Counted from the first letter of the stretch, positions 38,401 to 49,170 are shown. The stretch is DNA of 64,000 bases from Acidobacteriaceae bacterium (GCA_027307045.1 DAHUXR010000006.1:14185-78184); one strand, 5' to 3'. Notes: generated by a model from the sequence alone, not told the origin. Translations and numbers: made by a program.

Positions 38401-39393
38401 TTAGTCTCCGGCGATAGAAGTTTCGGCCAGAGATGCCGGGTTAGAAAGCAAAGACATGTCGGAATCCACCATCATCCGCACCATTTGCTCGAATGTCACT
38501 GTCGGCTTCCAGCCCAAAATCTTGTTTGCTTTGCTGGCATCTCCGGTGAGTAGATTGTCCTCAGCGGGACGCAGCAGGACGGAATCAATCTCAACATATT
38601 TCTGCCAATCAAGTCCTAGGTGTGAGAACGCAATTTCCAGAAGGTCTTTTACGGTATGCGTGATTCCGGTTGCGATTACAAAATCGTCAGGCGCGGGTTG
38701 TTGCAGCATCAGCCACATGGCGCGAACGTAGTCGCCGGCAAAGCCCCAATCTCGGCGACCCTCAATATTTCCCATCTTCAGCTTGTCGGCCAGGCCTAGC
38801 TTGATGCGAGCGGCCTGTTGAGAAACTTTGCGTGTTACAAACTCCGTCCCTCTGCGGGGCGACTCATGATTAAAGGCAATGCAGGAACACGCAAACATGC
38901 CATAGCTTTCCCGATAATTGATGGTGATATGGTGAGCAAACATTTTAGCCGCCCCGTATGGGCTATGCGGTTGAAGGCGAGTGGTTTCGCTCTGATGCAC
39001 CTCACCAGACTTGCCGAAAATCTCTGAACTCGAAACCTGCAGGAACCTGGCGTGAGGAGCATGGCGGCGAATCGCTTCCAGCATCCTGAGCGCACCCATG
39101 CCTGTGACCTCCATCGTCAAAAGCGGCTGAGTCCAGGAAACCGGGACAAACGTTTGCCCGGCGAGATTGTAGACTTCATCGGGCTTAACTTGTTCCACGG
39201 CGCGATCTAGTGACGTTTGGTCTGTAAGATCGGCCTCAGCGTAGCTGATCTTGCCTGCGAAAGCGCCCAAGCCCTGCCGTTGCGCCCGAGCGATGTTGCG
39301 GACGATTCCGTAAACTTCATATCCTTTTTCCAGCAGCAACTCAGCCAGGTACGAACCATCCTGTCCAGCCACTCCCGTAATTAAAGCGCGCAT
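38401..39393 (-). CDS. gmd: GDP-mannose 4,6-dehydratase family
   Basis: ALITGVAGQDGSYLAE, SPYGAAK, FNHESPRRG.EFVTRK, RDWGFAGDY. Confidence 0.9.
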   Translation of the reverse strand: MRALITGVAGQDGSYLAELLLEKGYEVYGIVRNIARAQRQGLGAFAGKISYAEADLTDQTSLDRAVEQVKPDEVYNLAGQTFVPVSWTQPLLTMEVTGMGALRMLEAIRRHAPHARFLQVSSSEIFGKSGEVHQSETTRLQPHSPYGAAKMFAHHITINYRESYGMFACSCIAFNHESPRRGTEFVTRKVSQQAARIKLGLADKLKMGNIEGRRDWGFAGDYVRAMWLMLQQPAPDDFVIATGITHTVKDLLEIAFSHLGLDWQKYVEIDSVLLRPAEDNLLTGDASKANKILGWKPTVTFEQMVRMMVDSDMSLLSNPASLAETSIAGD

Positions 39394-39418
39394 CCCAAGA
39401 CCCCTTTAACGGTTTTGA

Positions 39419-40525
39419 TCAAATCTGCTGGCGCTGATGTAAGCGAATTACGTGATGATATACCGATATCGTTTCCAGCGCCGCTTTATCCCAGGAAAAA
39501 TCAGCAGCTCTCCTCAGAGCATTGGATCTTTTTTGCTGTAACTCCTCAGGACTACGCAGCAGCGCACAGAGAGCGTTAGCCATTCCTTTGACGTCGAACG
39601 GTTCAAAACACTGGGCCCCCGCGCCCGCTATTTCCGGCAGCGGACCTCGGTCAGAAGTAATTACAGGGCAGCCACAAGACATCGCTTCCAATAAAGGAAG
39701 CCCGAAGCCTTCATAAAGTGAGGGCATCACAAATGCATGAGCATGGCGGAATAGAGCAGACAAATCCTTCGCATCCACATAGCCAAGATCGTGTAATTCA
39801 AGCTTGCGGGCAAGGTCGGCGGAAAGGGGGTCTGAGCTTTCCTGTGGACCGTACATCACAGTCTCAAATCGCACGTTCGATTCCTTCTGCGCGATCTCTA
39901 ATGACTCAAGCGCGCTTTTAAGGTTCTTAGTGCGCCAGTTGCGCGCGCTGGCGACAACGACAAGTGGCCGTCCGATGCCGAACTTTTTTTGCAGGCGTTC
40001 TTCTTCATCGGTCGTAGCGCATGGATGAAAGATTTCTCGATCGGCAGCAAGGTGCACGGTGGAAATCTTCTTAGACGCTACACGCAACACCTTTTGCAGA
40101 TCGCTCGCGGTGGAGTGAGAGTCGGCGATGAGGTGAGCCGCGCGCTTGGCCGCTACACGATATCCTGCCTGTACCATCTTTTGTTTTGGCCAAGAATAAA
40201 TGGAGAACAAAAAGGGGATAAGATCATGAACGGTGACCACGACTGGACAACGCAACAACGGGGCTGGATAAAAGGGGCAGTGAAATAGGTCTAGTTTGTC
40301 GCACTTTTCCAGACGCCGAAATTCGAGCGATGCGAGAGGAGAATACTTCCCGGCAGACACTTGCACCGTTTCTAAAGACAGCGTGTCGAGCCCTGGCACA
40401 AGATTGCGCGGATTAACGTACACCACCAGCTCACAACCAGCACGAACGAGCGCAGGCAACAATCCGGCGATGTAACTCCCCACCCCGGATTGGTTATACC
40501 AGCGAGCATCAAAACCTACACGCAT
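39419..40525 (-). CDS. glycosyltransferase family 4
   Basis: TVHDLIP, PSLYEGFGLPLLEAM. Confidence 0.92.
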   Translation of the reverse strand: MRVGFDARWYNQSGVGSYIAGLLPALVRAGCELVVYVNPRNLVPGLDTLSLETVQVSAGKYSPLASLEFRRLEKCDKLDLFHCPFYPAPLLRCPVVVTVHDLIPFLFSIYSWPKQKMVQAGYRVAAKRAAHLIADSHSTASDLQKVLRVASKKISTVHLAADREIFHPCATTDEEERLQKKFGIGRPLVVVASARNWRTKNLKSALESLEIAQKESNVRFETVMYGPQESSDPLSADLARKLELHDLGYVDAKDLSALFRHAHAFVMPSLYEGFGLPLLEAMSCGCPVITSDRGPLPEIAGAGAQCFEPFDVKGMANALCALLRSPEELQQKRSNALRRAADFSWDKAALETISVYHHVIRLHQRQQI

Positions 40526-40540
40526 GCTTGGCAGCCTCTG

Positions 40541-41323
40541 TCAATCTTTGACCGCGCAATATTGCTTGCTGACGTATCCCTGCGGGGGTTCTTGTGCCAG
40601 GTATTGGAGATCGCCGGAAAAAGAAGGATCGCATGAATTTGTGATGGCCACGTCTATCAGCCGCGCTCCGTTTTGGGCCATCAATTTCCGGATGACTGCT
40701 TCCTTGATGCAATGCATTTCCATGACGTAAGGCGGTTGTGTACCGAGAATGGATTGTAGCCGCGAGCGCAATGCCAATCTTGTACGGACTTTTGCGAGCG
40801 AGCTGGCGCGCAGCGTTTCCGGGACTTGAACAATCAACACCCCGCCAGCCTTCAAGACGCGGATAAGTTCGACGATATATTCATGGCTGCAGGGCGGTGC
40901 GATGTGCTGCAGCACGAGGCTGGTATAAATGAAGCCAAAATAACTGTCCGGCAGGCGCTTCAATCGAGTGTCTTCATTCAATTGGAAATGGCAATGGGGA
41001 CGATCACGATTGAGCTCTTGCGCCGTGCTGATCATCGTGGAAGAAATATCCACGCCGCAGCATTCAGGAAAATACTCAGACATGGCGCGGGTCAACCGGC
41101 CCACGCCGCAACCAAAGTCGAACGCGGGTAGGCTTTTATCGATGCAAACACCAATCCCGGCTGCGTAGCCAAGTACTGCGTCAATCTCTTTGCGGCCTGT
41201 GGCGAAAAAGTCTTCTTTCGTCCATTGGCTGTTGCGTTTGCTGGGATCGGTGCATATCGCCCACAGCGGATCGGCTTGTGCCAAACCTTCCCAGTTTCGT
41301 TGCAGCTCTCTGAGTGAATTCAT
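40541..41323 (-). CDS. class I SAM-dependent methyltransferase
   Basis: FDFGCGVGRL, GVDIS, VLQHI. Confidence 0.88.
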   Translation of the reverse strand: MNSLRELQRNWEGLAQADPLWAICTDPSKRNSQWTKEDFFATGRKEIDAVLGYAAGIGVCIDKSLPAFDFGCGVGRLTRAMSEYFPECCGVDISSTMISTAQELNRDRPHCHFQLNEDTRLKRLPDSYFGFIYTSLVLQHIAPPCSHEYIVELIRVLKAGGVLIVQVPETLRASSLAKVRTRLALRSRLQSILGTQPPYVMEMHCIKEAVIRKLMAQNGARLIDVAITNSCDPSFSGDLQYLAQEPPQGYVSKQYCAVKD

Positions 41324-42219
41324 GGTTTGCGCGCGACCATCCAGATAGTGTCATACCGATTGATTTTCAGAGTCGCGTGCAGGAAACGGTGAAGTACGTA
41401 ATAGGTCCTATCCAGGAATAAACGGATACCGCTGGAAACATAATACGGATCAAGTGCTTCTTCTATGATGCGCAGCCCAGAGTTTTCAAGAAGCCGGCGC
41501 AGTACCGTCGGAGTGAAATGCGAAAGATGGATTTCGCGAGACGCTCCCGCCCGCGAAATTCCCAGCTTCGGGCTGAACTTCTGAAAGGACTTGAGGCCGA
41601 GCCCATTGCCGATCTTCTTGACCTTTGAGGTCCAAGCCAGTACGTCATTTGGCACCGCGATAACCAACATTCCTTGTGCCCTCAACAGAGCATGGCACCG
41701 ACTCACCAGCATTCCCGGGTCGGGCACGTGCTCCAGAACGTGAAATAAAGTAATAGTATCGAAGGATTGCCGCGGTAAATCCAAATCTTCGATCGGTCCG
41801 ACACGAAGGCTGAGACCATATTTTTCTTTTGCAAGGGCGACCGCACTTTCAGACACTTCGGTTCCGTGGACTTCGCTAAAAAATGACTGGGCAAGATGGA
41901 GGAATTGGCCATAGCCCGCGCCTATATCCAGCAGGCGACCCTTAGAGCTATGCTGTGACAACTTTTTCAGCCTGCGTTTCCACAGCATGTCCCGAGCGTG
42001 CTCTTCGTTGAGCCATGTATCGTACTTGCCTGTCTGCGAGTAAAATGCGCTGATCTGCGCGAAAGACGGCCGTGGGCTGTCAAACACGTACCCGCAGGAA
42101 TCGCAACGGCAGAAATTGAAGTCTGGATCTACTTTCTGTATGCGATCACTGCGGCAGACGCTGCAAGTCAATACAACTTCCGCATCGATCTTCTCATTGG
42201 TAATGGCCGTTGCAGTCAT
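41320..42219 (-). CDS. class I SAM-dependent methyltransferase with N-terminal Zn ribbon
   Basis: CSVC...CDSCG, LLDIGAGYG, FHVLEHVPDP. Confidence 0.88.
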   Translation of the reverse strand: MTATAITNEKIDAEVVLTCSVCRSDRIQKVDPDFNFCRCDSCGYVFDSPRPSFAQISAFYSQTGKYDTWLNEEHARDMLWKRRLKKLSQHSSKGRLLDIGAGYGQFLHLAQSFFSEVHGTEVSESAVALAKEKYGLSLRVGPIEDLDLPRQSFDTITLFHVLEHVPDPGMLVSRCHALLRAQGMLVIAVPNDVLAWTSKVKKIGNGLGLKSFQKFSPKLGISRAGASREIHLSHFTPTVLRRLLENSGLRIIEEALDPYYVSSGIRLFLDRTYYVLHRFLHATLKINRYDTIWMVARKP

Positions 42220-43646
42220 GTAGCGACCTGCCTACCCGGATCTGCTTCACGGGCCGAACTTTGCGCACTTAACAATCCAAGAACGAGAAAGAACAAAGCT
42301 GTTACCTGTGGCGTGGTGTGGAAAAGATAATCAACCGTTCCGTGGACGAGCACACCGCAGATAGCGGCAAAGATGGCAGCGGCAATCATCTTATTGAAGC
42401 TGCCATGCGCTTTGCGCAATTGCACCATGGCATTTCGCAAAGCAAGAACAATCAAGACGCCAAAGACCAAGAAGCCCACCAAGCCGGTCTCCGCCAGAAG
42501 TTCCAGATACAGATTATGAGCGTCGCCAGTCCAGCCGTCAGGCAGACTCAAGAGGCCGCCCATCAGGGCTCGGAGATTCCCGAAGCCAGCGCCCAACACA
42601 GGCGAGTTGGCAAATACGGTGAAAGCTCCACCCCAAATTGCGAGACGCGAGACTGTGGTGAAATCGTCAATTTCGCCAAGGCGCTGAAAGAAAAAACCCG
42701 CTAGAGCGGCAGCCAGCAGACAGACAATCAGGACAAGTGCAACGCGATGCATTCTGGCTTTTCGGTCGTGCGCGGAAAAATACGTGTGTACCAGCAGAAT
42801 GGCAACGAAAGCGAGCAGACCGCCCCGGCTCTGCGTGAGCAAAAGCGCAATACCAGCAAACGCAAGACACCATCGGCCCAGAAAGCGTAGAAGAGGATCC
42901 TTGCCGCCGGTTGCGAACGCTAAGCAGAATGGCAGCACCAGATTGAGATATCCGGCGAGGCCATTATAGTGTTCAAGAAAAGATGTGATGCGGCCTTCCC
43001 ATGCCGGTATCTGCGCAATTTCATCCTGAATCGGATAGAGCACGTCGTAGAGCGGAGAATAACCGCCCGTGAATGCCTGCCAAAGCCCGAAGATCGCAAC
43101 GGCAATGGTTGAAGCCATCAAGGCCTTCAGCAAGGTCCGAGTGTTGTCCGGAGTCTGGCACCAGTCGGTAATCACATAGTAAAAGCCAATGTAAGATGCC
43201 AGGCGCATCAGCTCGCGCTGCGCATCGAGCGTGAGTGGATTGAGAAACAGCGCAGACGCCATCGCAATGACCAGGTACGCAAGGATCGCGCGCGTCAACC
43301 ACGTGCCGAAGAGCCACGCGCGCAGATCTTTATTGCTGTTATGCGTCACGCGATAGACCACAACGCCGGCAAAGAAGCTGAACCGCACCAATGTGCTGAG
43401 ATCGCGTATGGGAAAATCCCAGTTGAGAAAAGGCGTGAGCGGCAAAAAAAAGACGACAAATGGCAGTAAAAGCCGGAAACGCAGCGCGGCAAGAAGGAAC
43501 ACGCCTACGCCAACGGCCAGCGGCAGAGCCACAGGACTAACAAGCGCGCCAGCCGCCAACGCCAGCGTAATGCCGACAATCAGCAGCTCAGACCGCCAGT
43601 TGGGCAGCTCAAGAACAATCGCTCGTGATGTTGCTGGATGATTCAT
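42216..43646 (-). CDS. O-antigen ligase/Wzy_C family membrane protein
   Basis: Many TM helices, TQSRGG, R..IW, GAGFGN, AHNLYLELLAETG. Confidence 0.9.
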   Translation of the reverse strand: MNHPATSRAIVLELPNWRSELLIVGITLALAAGALVSPVALPLAVGVGVFLLAALRFRLLLPFVVFFLPLTPFLNWDFPIRDLSTLVRFSFFAGVVVYRVTHNSNKDLRAWLFGTWLTRAILAYLVIAMASALFLNPLTLDAQRELMRLASYIGFYYVITDWCQTPDNTRTLLKALMASTIAVAIFGLWQAFTGGYSPLYDVLYPIQDEIAQIPAWEGRITSFLEHYNGLAGYLNLVLPFCLAFATGGKDPLLRFLGRWCLAFAGIALLLTQSRGGLLAFVAILLVHTYFSAHDRKARMHRVALVLIVCLLAAALAGFFFQRLGEIDDFTTVSRLAIWGGAFTVFANSPVLGAGFGNLRALMGGLLSLPDGWTGDAHNLYLELLAETGLVGFLVFGVLIVLALRNAMVQLRKAHGSFNKMIAAAIFAAICGVLVHGTVDYLFHTTPQVTALFFLVLGLLSAQSSAREADPGRQVAT

Positions 43647-43649
43647 CCT

Positions 43650-44804
43650 TCACTTATGGCCTGACTGCCCTGCCTTCATCAGGACGTTAAGCGTTTCGCA
43701 CGCGCAGCGTTCCCAAGTGAACTCGCGTACACGAGCAATTCCCTTTTGGCGCAGGCAATGACGTAGGTCAGCATCACGCAACGCTGCGCGCATGCACGCG
43801 GCCATGTCTTCGATTGACAAGGGATCAAAGTAAGCAAGAGCGTTACCAGAAATCTCCGGCAAGCATGACGTGTTGGACGCAATTGTCGGCACGCCGCAAG
43901 CCATGGCTTCTACCATGGGCAGCGAGAAGCCTTCGTACAATGAAGGGACAACAGAAAGGCTGGCGCCTTTGATCAGCAGCGCCAGGTCAGAATCATCCAA
44001 AACGCCAGCAAGAATTACTCGACCTCTCATATCGCGATTTGCAGCGGTGTTCACGATCTCATTGGACGCCCAGCCAAGTTGTCCTGCAAGAACAAGATCA
44101 AAATCCAAATCTGCATTCTCCGCCAGCATAAGACGGAAGGCTTCAATCAACCGCTTGAGGTTCTTGCGGGGCTGAATTGTTCCGTGATGAAGCAGGTACG
44201 GTTTTTCGATTCCCAGTCGAGCATGTAACGCGGCAAGCGCGGTCATGTCCGGAGGGTCAGTGTTGAAGACAGAGTAATCGCAGCCATCATGAATCACGAC
44301 AACCTTTTCTTCAGGGACGTTAAGGTGCGTGACAATGTCTCTCTTTGAACACTCTGAAGAAGTGATGATTGTGCGGGAGAAACGCCCGCAGCCTTTCAAC
44401 AAGACGCGCTGCATTGCGCTTACCGGCGCCGAATGCGAGGGCATGGTGAAGGGCGTAACGTCATGAATCGTGCAGACGGCAGGCACAGGACCTATTGGCA
44501 AAGTGGCTGCTGTGGGAATAAAGATCACATCGGCATGAGATCGCGAAGCGGACAGGCCAGCACCGCCGAAGCGCCACAAGCGATCGTGGTCTAGCAGCGC
44601 CGACGCACATAGTTCAAAGCGGTCGTCTGGAGCAATGTGGATGGCGTCGTTGCCATTTCGGGCGGAAGCAAAAAGCGAGAAGCCAAGTCCGGCGTCTTCG
44701 CGGGCTAGCTTCTTAAATTCCCGCAGCAGGTTCTGCGTATAGACATAAGTTCCCTGGCAGCGAAAACGGCTGGCCAGCGTCCATGAGTCTATCGCGACCC
44801 TCAC
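43650..44804 (-). CDS. glycosyltransferase family 4
   Basis: TIHDVTP, GTIQPRKNL, PSLYEGFSLP; GTG start overlaps the upstream TGA. Confidence 0.92.
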   Translation of the reverse strand: MRVAIDSWTLASRFRCQGTYVYTQNLLREFKKLAREDAGLGFSLFASARNGNDAIHIAPDDRFELCASALLDHDRLWRFGGAGLSASRSHADVIFIPTAATLPIGPVPAVCTIHDVTPFTMPSHSAPVSAMQRVLLKGCGRFSRTIITSSECSKRDIVTHLNVPEEKVVVIHDGCDYSVFNTDPPDMTALAALHARLGIEKPYLLHHGTIQPRKNLKRLIEAFRLMLAENADLDFDLVLAGQLGWASNEIVNTAANRDMRGRVILAGVLDDSDLALLIKGASLSVVPSLYEGFSLPMVEAMACGVPTIASNTSCLPEISGNALAYFDPLSIEDMAACMRAALRDADLRHCLRQKGIARVREFTWERCACETLNVLMKAGQSGHK

Positions 44805-46012
44805 AACGCAACTCCCGCGGCGCGGGAATGGACTTCCTTCGGGCGCGCAACCTGCTCCAGAACAGCCGCCGTTTCTTGCGCGCAAAGGTCCCAGCTGAAT
44901 CTCTGCGCGCGTTCGCGGCCCCGTTGGGCAAGTTCAACCTGCAAGTCGCGGGACAACAACACCGATTCCATGCATGCAGCTATGTCTTCAACGGAATTGG
45001 GATTGAAATAACGCAGAACGCCGCCGGAGATCTCCGGTAGACAGGAAGTGTTGGCGACGATAGTAGGGACACGACAGGCCATGGCTTCAACCATGGGAAG
45101 ACAGAATCCTTCATAGAGTGACGGGATTGCTTCGAGTGACGCGCCGCGAACCAGCAGAGACAAATCGCGATCAACGAGCGCACCAGTGAGGATGACCTTG
45201 CCACGCCCCGTGTTATCTGCATTGGCAAGATTCAGCGTTTCTTCATGCTGCCACGCCAAAGGACCAGCCAACACCAAGTCGAAGTCGAGCTGCGGATTTC
45301 TGGCGAGCATTTGGCGGTAAGCCGCGATGAGGCGGGGAAGATTTTTTCTTGGCTGGATTGCGCCATGATGGAGGATGTACGGGCGGTTGATGCGCAGGCG
45401 GTTGAGCAACTGCTGAAGCAAAGCTGCATCTGGCACGATACAACTAAATAGATCCCGGTCATAGCCTTCATATATGACATGAACTTTCGACGCAGGAACG
45501 CCGCAAATGCGAACGAGGTCCTGGCGGGAGTTTTCAGAGACGGTAATGATCGCGACGGACGATTTAGCGGAGCGCGCGAGCAGGAACTTCAAGAAGAAAG
45601 TCGTACGGTTGGGAAAACATGGCATCACCATCGGCGTGAGGTCATGGATGACGGTTATGGTCGGCAGCAGAGTGTTAAGGGGCAGCGAAGCACCGTTCGG
45701 ATTCAGCATGATGTCCGCGCCATCAATGAAAGCAGCGGCGGTCGCGCCACCGTAACGCCATAGCCGATCGAATCGTATTAATGCAGACTTGCGCGGACAA
45801 AAATTGGGCTCCTCCGTAAATTTGCCGGCCGTAGAATTTCCTGTCGCAGGGAGAAATGGTCGAATCTCAAGTCCACCGACTCCTGCGAGTCGCTGGAGGG
45901 CAGCCAGCAGGCTGCGAGTGTAAACCTGGATTCCATGGTGGTCGTATTGCGGCTTGAGCGCAGACGCATCGATGGCGACTTTCACGAATTCATGATTGCC
46001 GGCGGCTTTCAT
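44801..46012 (-). CDS. glycosyltransferase family 4
   Basis: VIHDLTP, GAIQPRKNL, PSLYEGFCLP; ATGA overlap with the upstream gene. Confidence 0.92.
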   Translation of the reverse strand: MKAAGNHEFVKVAIDASALKPQYDHHGIQVYTRSLLAALQRLAGVGGLEIRPFLPATGNSTAGKFTEEPNFCPRKSALIRFDRLWRYGGATAAAFIDGADIMLNPNGASLPLNTLLPTITVIHDLTPMVMPCFPNRTTFFLKFLLARSAKSSVAIITVSENSRQDLVRICGVPASKVHVIYEGYDRDLFSCIVPDAALLQQLLNRLRINRPYILHHGAIQPRKNLPRLIAAYRQMLARNPQLDFDLVLAGPLAWQHEETLNLANADNTGRGKVILTGALVDRDLSLLVRGASLEAIPSLYEGFCLPMVEAMACRVPTIVANTSCLPEISGGVLRYFNPNSVEDIAACMESVLLSRDLQVELAQRGRERAQRFSWDLCAQETAAVLEQVARPKEVHSRAAGVAL

Positions 46013-47136
46013 GCGTAGGCTGCTCTTGGCAGCGATAATTGCAAAGCCTGGTGATAGACAGCCAGCGTCTGCCGGGCAGTTTCTTCCCAACTGAAGCGAA
46101 GCAGGTTCCTGCGCCCATCCGCAATTAGAGCGGCCCGCACGGACTCATTGGAAAAGGCGAGGAAAAGCTGGCTTGCCATTTCTTCCGGCTTATGAGGATC
46201 AAAGTAGAGTGCTGCCCTGCCTGCGACTTCCGGCAGCGAGGTGGCAGATGAACAGACGACGGGCGTTCCACAGGCCATCGCCTCAAGCACGGTGAAACCG
46301 AAGCCTTCATGAAGCGACGGACAACCGTAAACGCGAGCGCCAGAATAAAGGGCGCGAAGGTCGGCGTCATTTACAAAGCCAGTGAAGATGACGTGCTCCG
46401 CGATCCCTAGTTCCTGGACAAGCTCGCGAAGAAGTGATTCACCTTCTCCCAATGGGCCGGCGATCACAAGTTGCGACTGTGCTCCGCTTTTGTACAGGAG
46501 TTGAAATGCCTTCAATAATCTGGCGTGGTTTTTGCGAGGCTTATAGATGCCTACCGATAACAGATAGTCGCGATCAATACCGAATCTGGATTGCACTGAA
46601 AAGACTTCTGCAGCATCGGCTCCAGCTTGAAAGAATGGATCGACCGCAGGGTAAACAACCTCGATCTTTGACGGATCGGCGTGCAGATAACGAACTATCT
46701 CATTTTTGGAGTGTTCAGAGTCCGTAATGAGGCGCGTGGCCATGCGTGAACAAGCAGTCATCATGGCGCGGTAGTATAGGCGTCCGGCGAGCGATGACAG
46801 GTCTTCCGGGCAGGCCATATAGATCACGTCATGAATGGTGGCAACGGCTGGGCATGGACGTATCAGCGGCAGAAGGAAATGCGGCGAATGCAATAGATCA
46901 ACCTTGTAATGGCTGATAATTCGCGGCAACTCAAATTGTTCCCTAAAGGAATAGTACTTCAGGCCAGTGCAAAGTATTTTTGCGTTCGGGGCATGAATCA
47001 GGTGCTCGCTTTGCGGCGGCAGAATGAGCAGATACTCGTGTTCGGGAGCTTGCGCTGTGATGGATTCGGCCAGGCACTTCATGTACCGGCCGATTCCCGG
47101 ATTGCCGATTCTCCGCAGATCGAAAGCGATTTTCAT
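46009..47136 (-). CDS. glycosyltransferase family 4
   Basis: TIHDVI, KPRKNH, PSLHEGFGF..LEAM. Confidence 0.92.
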   Translation of the reverse strand: MKIAFDLRRIGNPGIGRYMKCLAESITAQAPEHEYLLILPPQSEHLIHAPNAKILCTGLKYYSFREQFELPRIISHYKVDLLHSPHFLLPLIRPCPAVATIHDVIYMACPEDLSSLAGRLYYRAMMTACSRMATRLITDSEHSKNEIVRYLHADPSKIEVVYPAVDPFFQAGADAAEVFSVQSRFGIDRDYLLSVGIYKPRKNHARLLKAFQLLYKSGAQSQLVIAGPLGEGESLLRELVQELGIAEHVIFTGFVNDADLRALYSGARVYGCPSLHEGFGFTVLEAMACGTPVVCSSATSLPEVAGRAALYFDPHKPEEMASQLFLAFSNESVRAALIADGRRNLLRFSWEETARQTLAVYHQALQLSLPRAAYA

Positions 47137-47144
47137 GCAGAGCC

Positions 47145-47795
47145 TTAAAACGATGCCGCCCGCGCCATGAAAGTTTTTGCGGTTCCGACAAGTAAACTCT
47201 CTCTGACGGCGACGAAGATCGAATGGATCATGGCGTGGTGGAGGTCTTCAACCAGTTGAACGTTATCTGAGGGAACAATGGCGCAAACGTCGCACAGAGA
47301 CTTCATCTGGCCACCCTGGCAGCCGCCGAGACCCACAGTCATGGCTCCGCATTCTCTGGCTGTTTCCAGCGCCAGCAAAACATTGGCGGAATCACCACTG
47401 GTGCTAATGGCGAAAGCCACATCGCGCGGCTTGATGAATGTCTTTAGCTGCTCGGAAAAAACGCGTTCGTATCCAAAGTCATTGGCCCATGCGGTAATGA
47501 GTGAAGCATTGTCAGTAAGCGCCATGACCCTGGGGCGCTTGCCCTCGCCGGGCGCGACGGCGCCTTTATTGATGTCGCACATCAGATGCGAGGCGCTGGC
47601 TGCGCTGCCGCCGTTGCCAAAGACATACACAGTCCGCTGCTCTGCAAAGGCATCAAGGAAAACAGAGACAATTGTAGTGATGGAGTTGTATGGCAGATGA
47701 GGAACAAGCTCGGTGAGATCGCGAAAATACGTTCTTACGGACCGGTCCGCATGCTGGAGAGATTCCCATTCTCGATCTTGATGTCCGGGAGCCAT
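47145..47795 (-). CDS. gmhA: SIS domain phosphoheptose isomerase (GmhA-like)
   Basis: GNGGSAA.ASH, TAWANDFGY..VF..Q, ISTSGDS.NV, EDLH. Confidence 0.8.
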   Translation of the reverse strand: MAPGHQDREWESLQHADRSVRTYFRDLTELVPHLPYNSITTIVSVFLDAFAEQRTVYVFGNGGSAASASHLMCDINKGAVAPGEGKRPRVMALTDNASLITAWANDFGYERVFSEQLKTFIKPRDVAFAISTSGDSANVLLALETARECGAMTVGLGGCQGGQMKSLCDVCAIVPSDNVQLVEDLHHAMIHSIFVAVRESLLVGTAKTFMARAASF

Positions 47796-47832
47796 GAGTA
47801 CTCCTACTCAGAATTTTGTTCAACAGCTGCTC

Positions 47833-49170
47833 TTAGCTGATCCTGCGCCGCAACTTTGCAAAAACAGAGCGGAATTCTCCCGCAACATCAGCGGCCAGCA
47901 GCCGGTATGAATCATCTGCCGGGACCTGCTGCCAACGGTACTTTCCCACCACCCACAAACATGCCAGGAGAAATGCGCCGAAGATACTACCGCCAACGAT
48001 CAGGCCGCGGACAGGACTGGAACGTTTTTCCGGGGCAACTCCCGCATCCATCACGCGGACGATGGGAATCTCTTTTGCCTCCTGAATTTTTGCCATTTCG
48101 AATTGCTGGGTCACAAACGCATAAACTGCTTCCTGAATCTTGGCTTCGCGGTAAAGATCTGCATAGCGCGAGCCCAGCCCAGGCAGTGTATGCATGGAAG
48201 GATAAGGGGCGGACCAACCGGAGGCTGGGTTTTGCTCTGTTACATCATCCTTCTGGCCAACCAGCGTCGTGAGTTGCGATCGCAATTCCGCCATGCGTGC
48301 CTTGAGCGTGCGCACGCGCACATTATCGTCAGAATAAATTTGTTGCAGCCCTTTCAGCTCGGTTTCACTGGCGATGAGCTCGCCCTGCATGCGGGCGGCG
48401 GCATCCATCACGGCACGGCCTTCATTCTGGGGATCGACCATGGAGTTTTTGGTGGTGAACTGGCTTAAAGCGGCGGAGGCGCGTGCGAGATCCTGTTTCG
48501 CGGTGGCAAGACGTTCCTCAAGAAACTGGCGTTCGCGGTGGGCCGAAGAAGTATTGAGATCGACAGCCAGCCGGTTCAGCTCGTCCACATAAGCATTGGC
48601 TATCTGCGCGGCCATCTTTGGCTCATAGTCGGTGACGGTGAGCGTGATCACGCCGCTTTTTTTGTCTTCCTCAATGTCAGTAAACCTGGCCAGCTTTTTG
48701 CGCGCCTCAAAATAGGTGCTTTTGCCGTAGCGAGCGCGCAAGTCAAAGCGGTTAATCAGGCGATCCTGCACCGTGCGGCTCTTCAGTACCTCAACGTAAA
48801 AAGCGCCAGGAGTTTTGGCGCCGAGCAGGCTGGCCGCATCCAGCCCGAATCCCATGCTTGAATTTTCATTGCCAAGAGCCTTGCTCATGAGGCCCATCAT
48901 TGAGCTGCTGCCGTTCGTGCTGGAATTTTCTCCGGGGACAAACCTGACGGCGGACTTGAAGTGCGGTGGAATCAGAAAAGCCAGAGCGACTGAAGCGATG
49001 AGCGTTTTCCAGATTACGCCCCACAGAAAGCGGCGTGATCGCCACAGCACCCAGAGCTTCTCTCCTTTGCGATCGTCAGGCTCGGGTGCTGGCGGGGAAT
49101 ATCGCTTCTCCAACTCCGGATGGATGGAGGGGGCGTAAATGGGTACGGTGGCCTGGCCCCTAGCTTCCAC
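47833..49170 (-). CDS. polysaccharide co-polymerase (Wzz/GNVR family)
   Basis: Two TM helices flanking a periplasmic coiled coil; P.KRSSP motif; no kinase domain. Confidence 0.85.
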   Translation of the reverse strand: MEARGQATVPIYAPSIHPELEKRYSPPAPEPDDRKGEKLWVLWRSRRFLWGVIWKTLIASVALAFLIPPHFKSAVRFVPGENSSTNGSSSMMGLMSKALGNENSSMGFGLDAASLLGAKTPGAFYVEVLKSRTVQDRLINRFDLRARYGKSTYFEARKKLARFTDIEEDKKSGVITLTVTDYEPKMAAQIANAYVDELNRLAVDLNTSSAHRERQFLEERLATAKQDLARASAALSQFTTKNSMVDPQNEGRAVMDAAARMQGELIASETELKGLQQIYSDDNVRVRTLKARMAELRSQLTTLVGQKDDVTEQNPASGWSAPYPSMHTLPGLGSRYADLYREAKIQEAVYAFVTQQFEMAKIQEAKEIPIVRVMDAGVAPEKRSSPVRGLIVGGSIFGAFLLACLWVVGKYRWQQVPADDSYRLLAADVAGEFRSVFAKLRRRIS

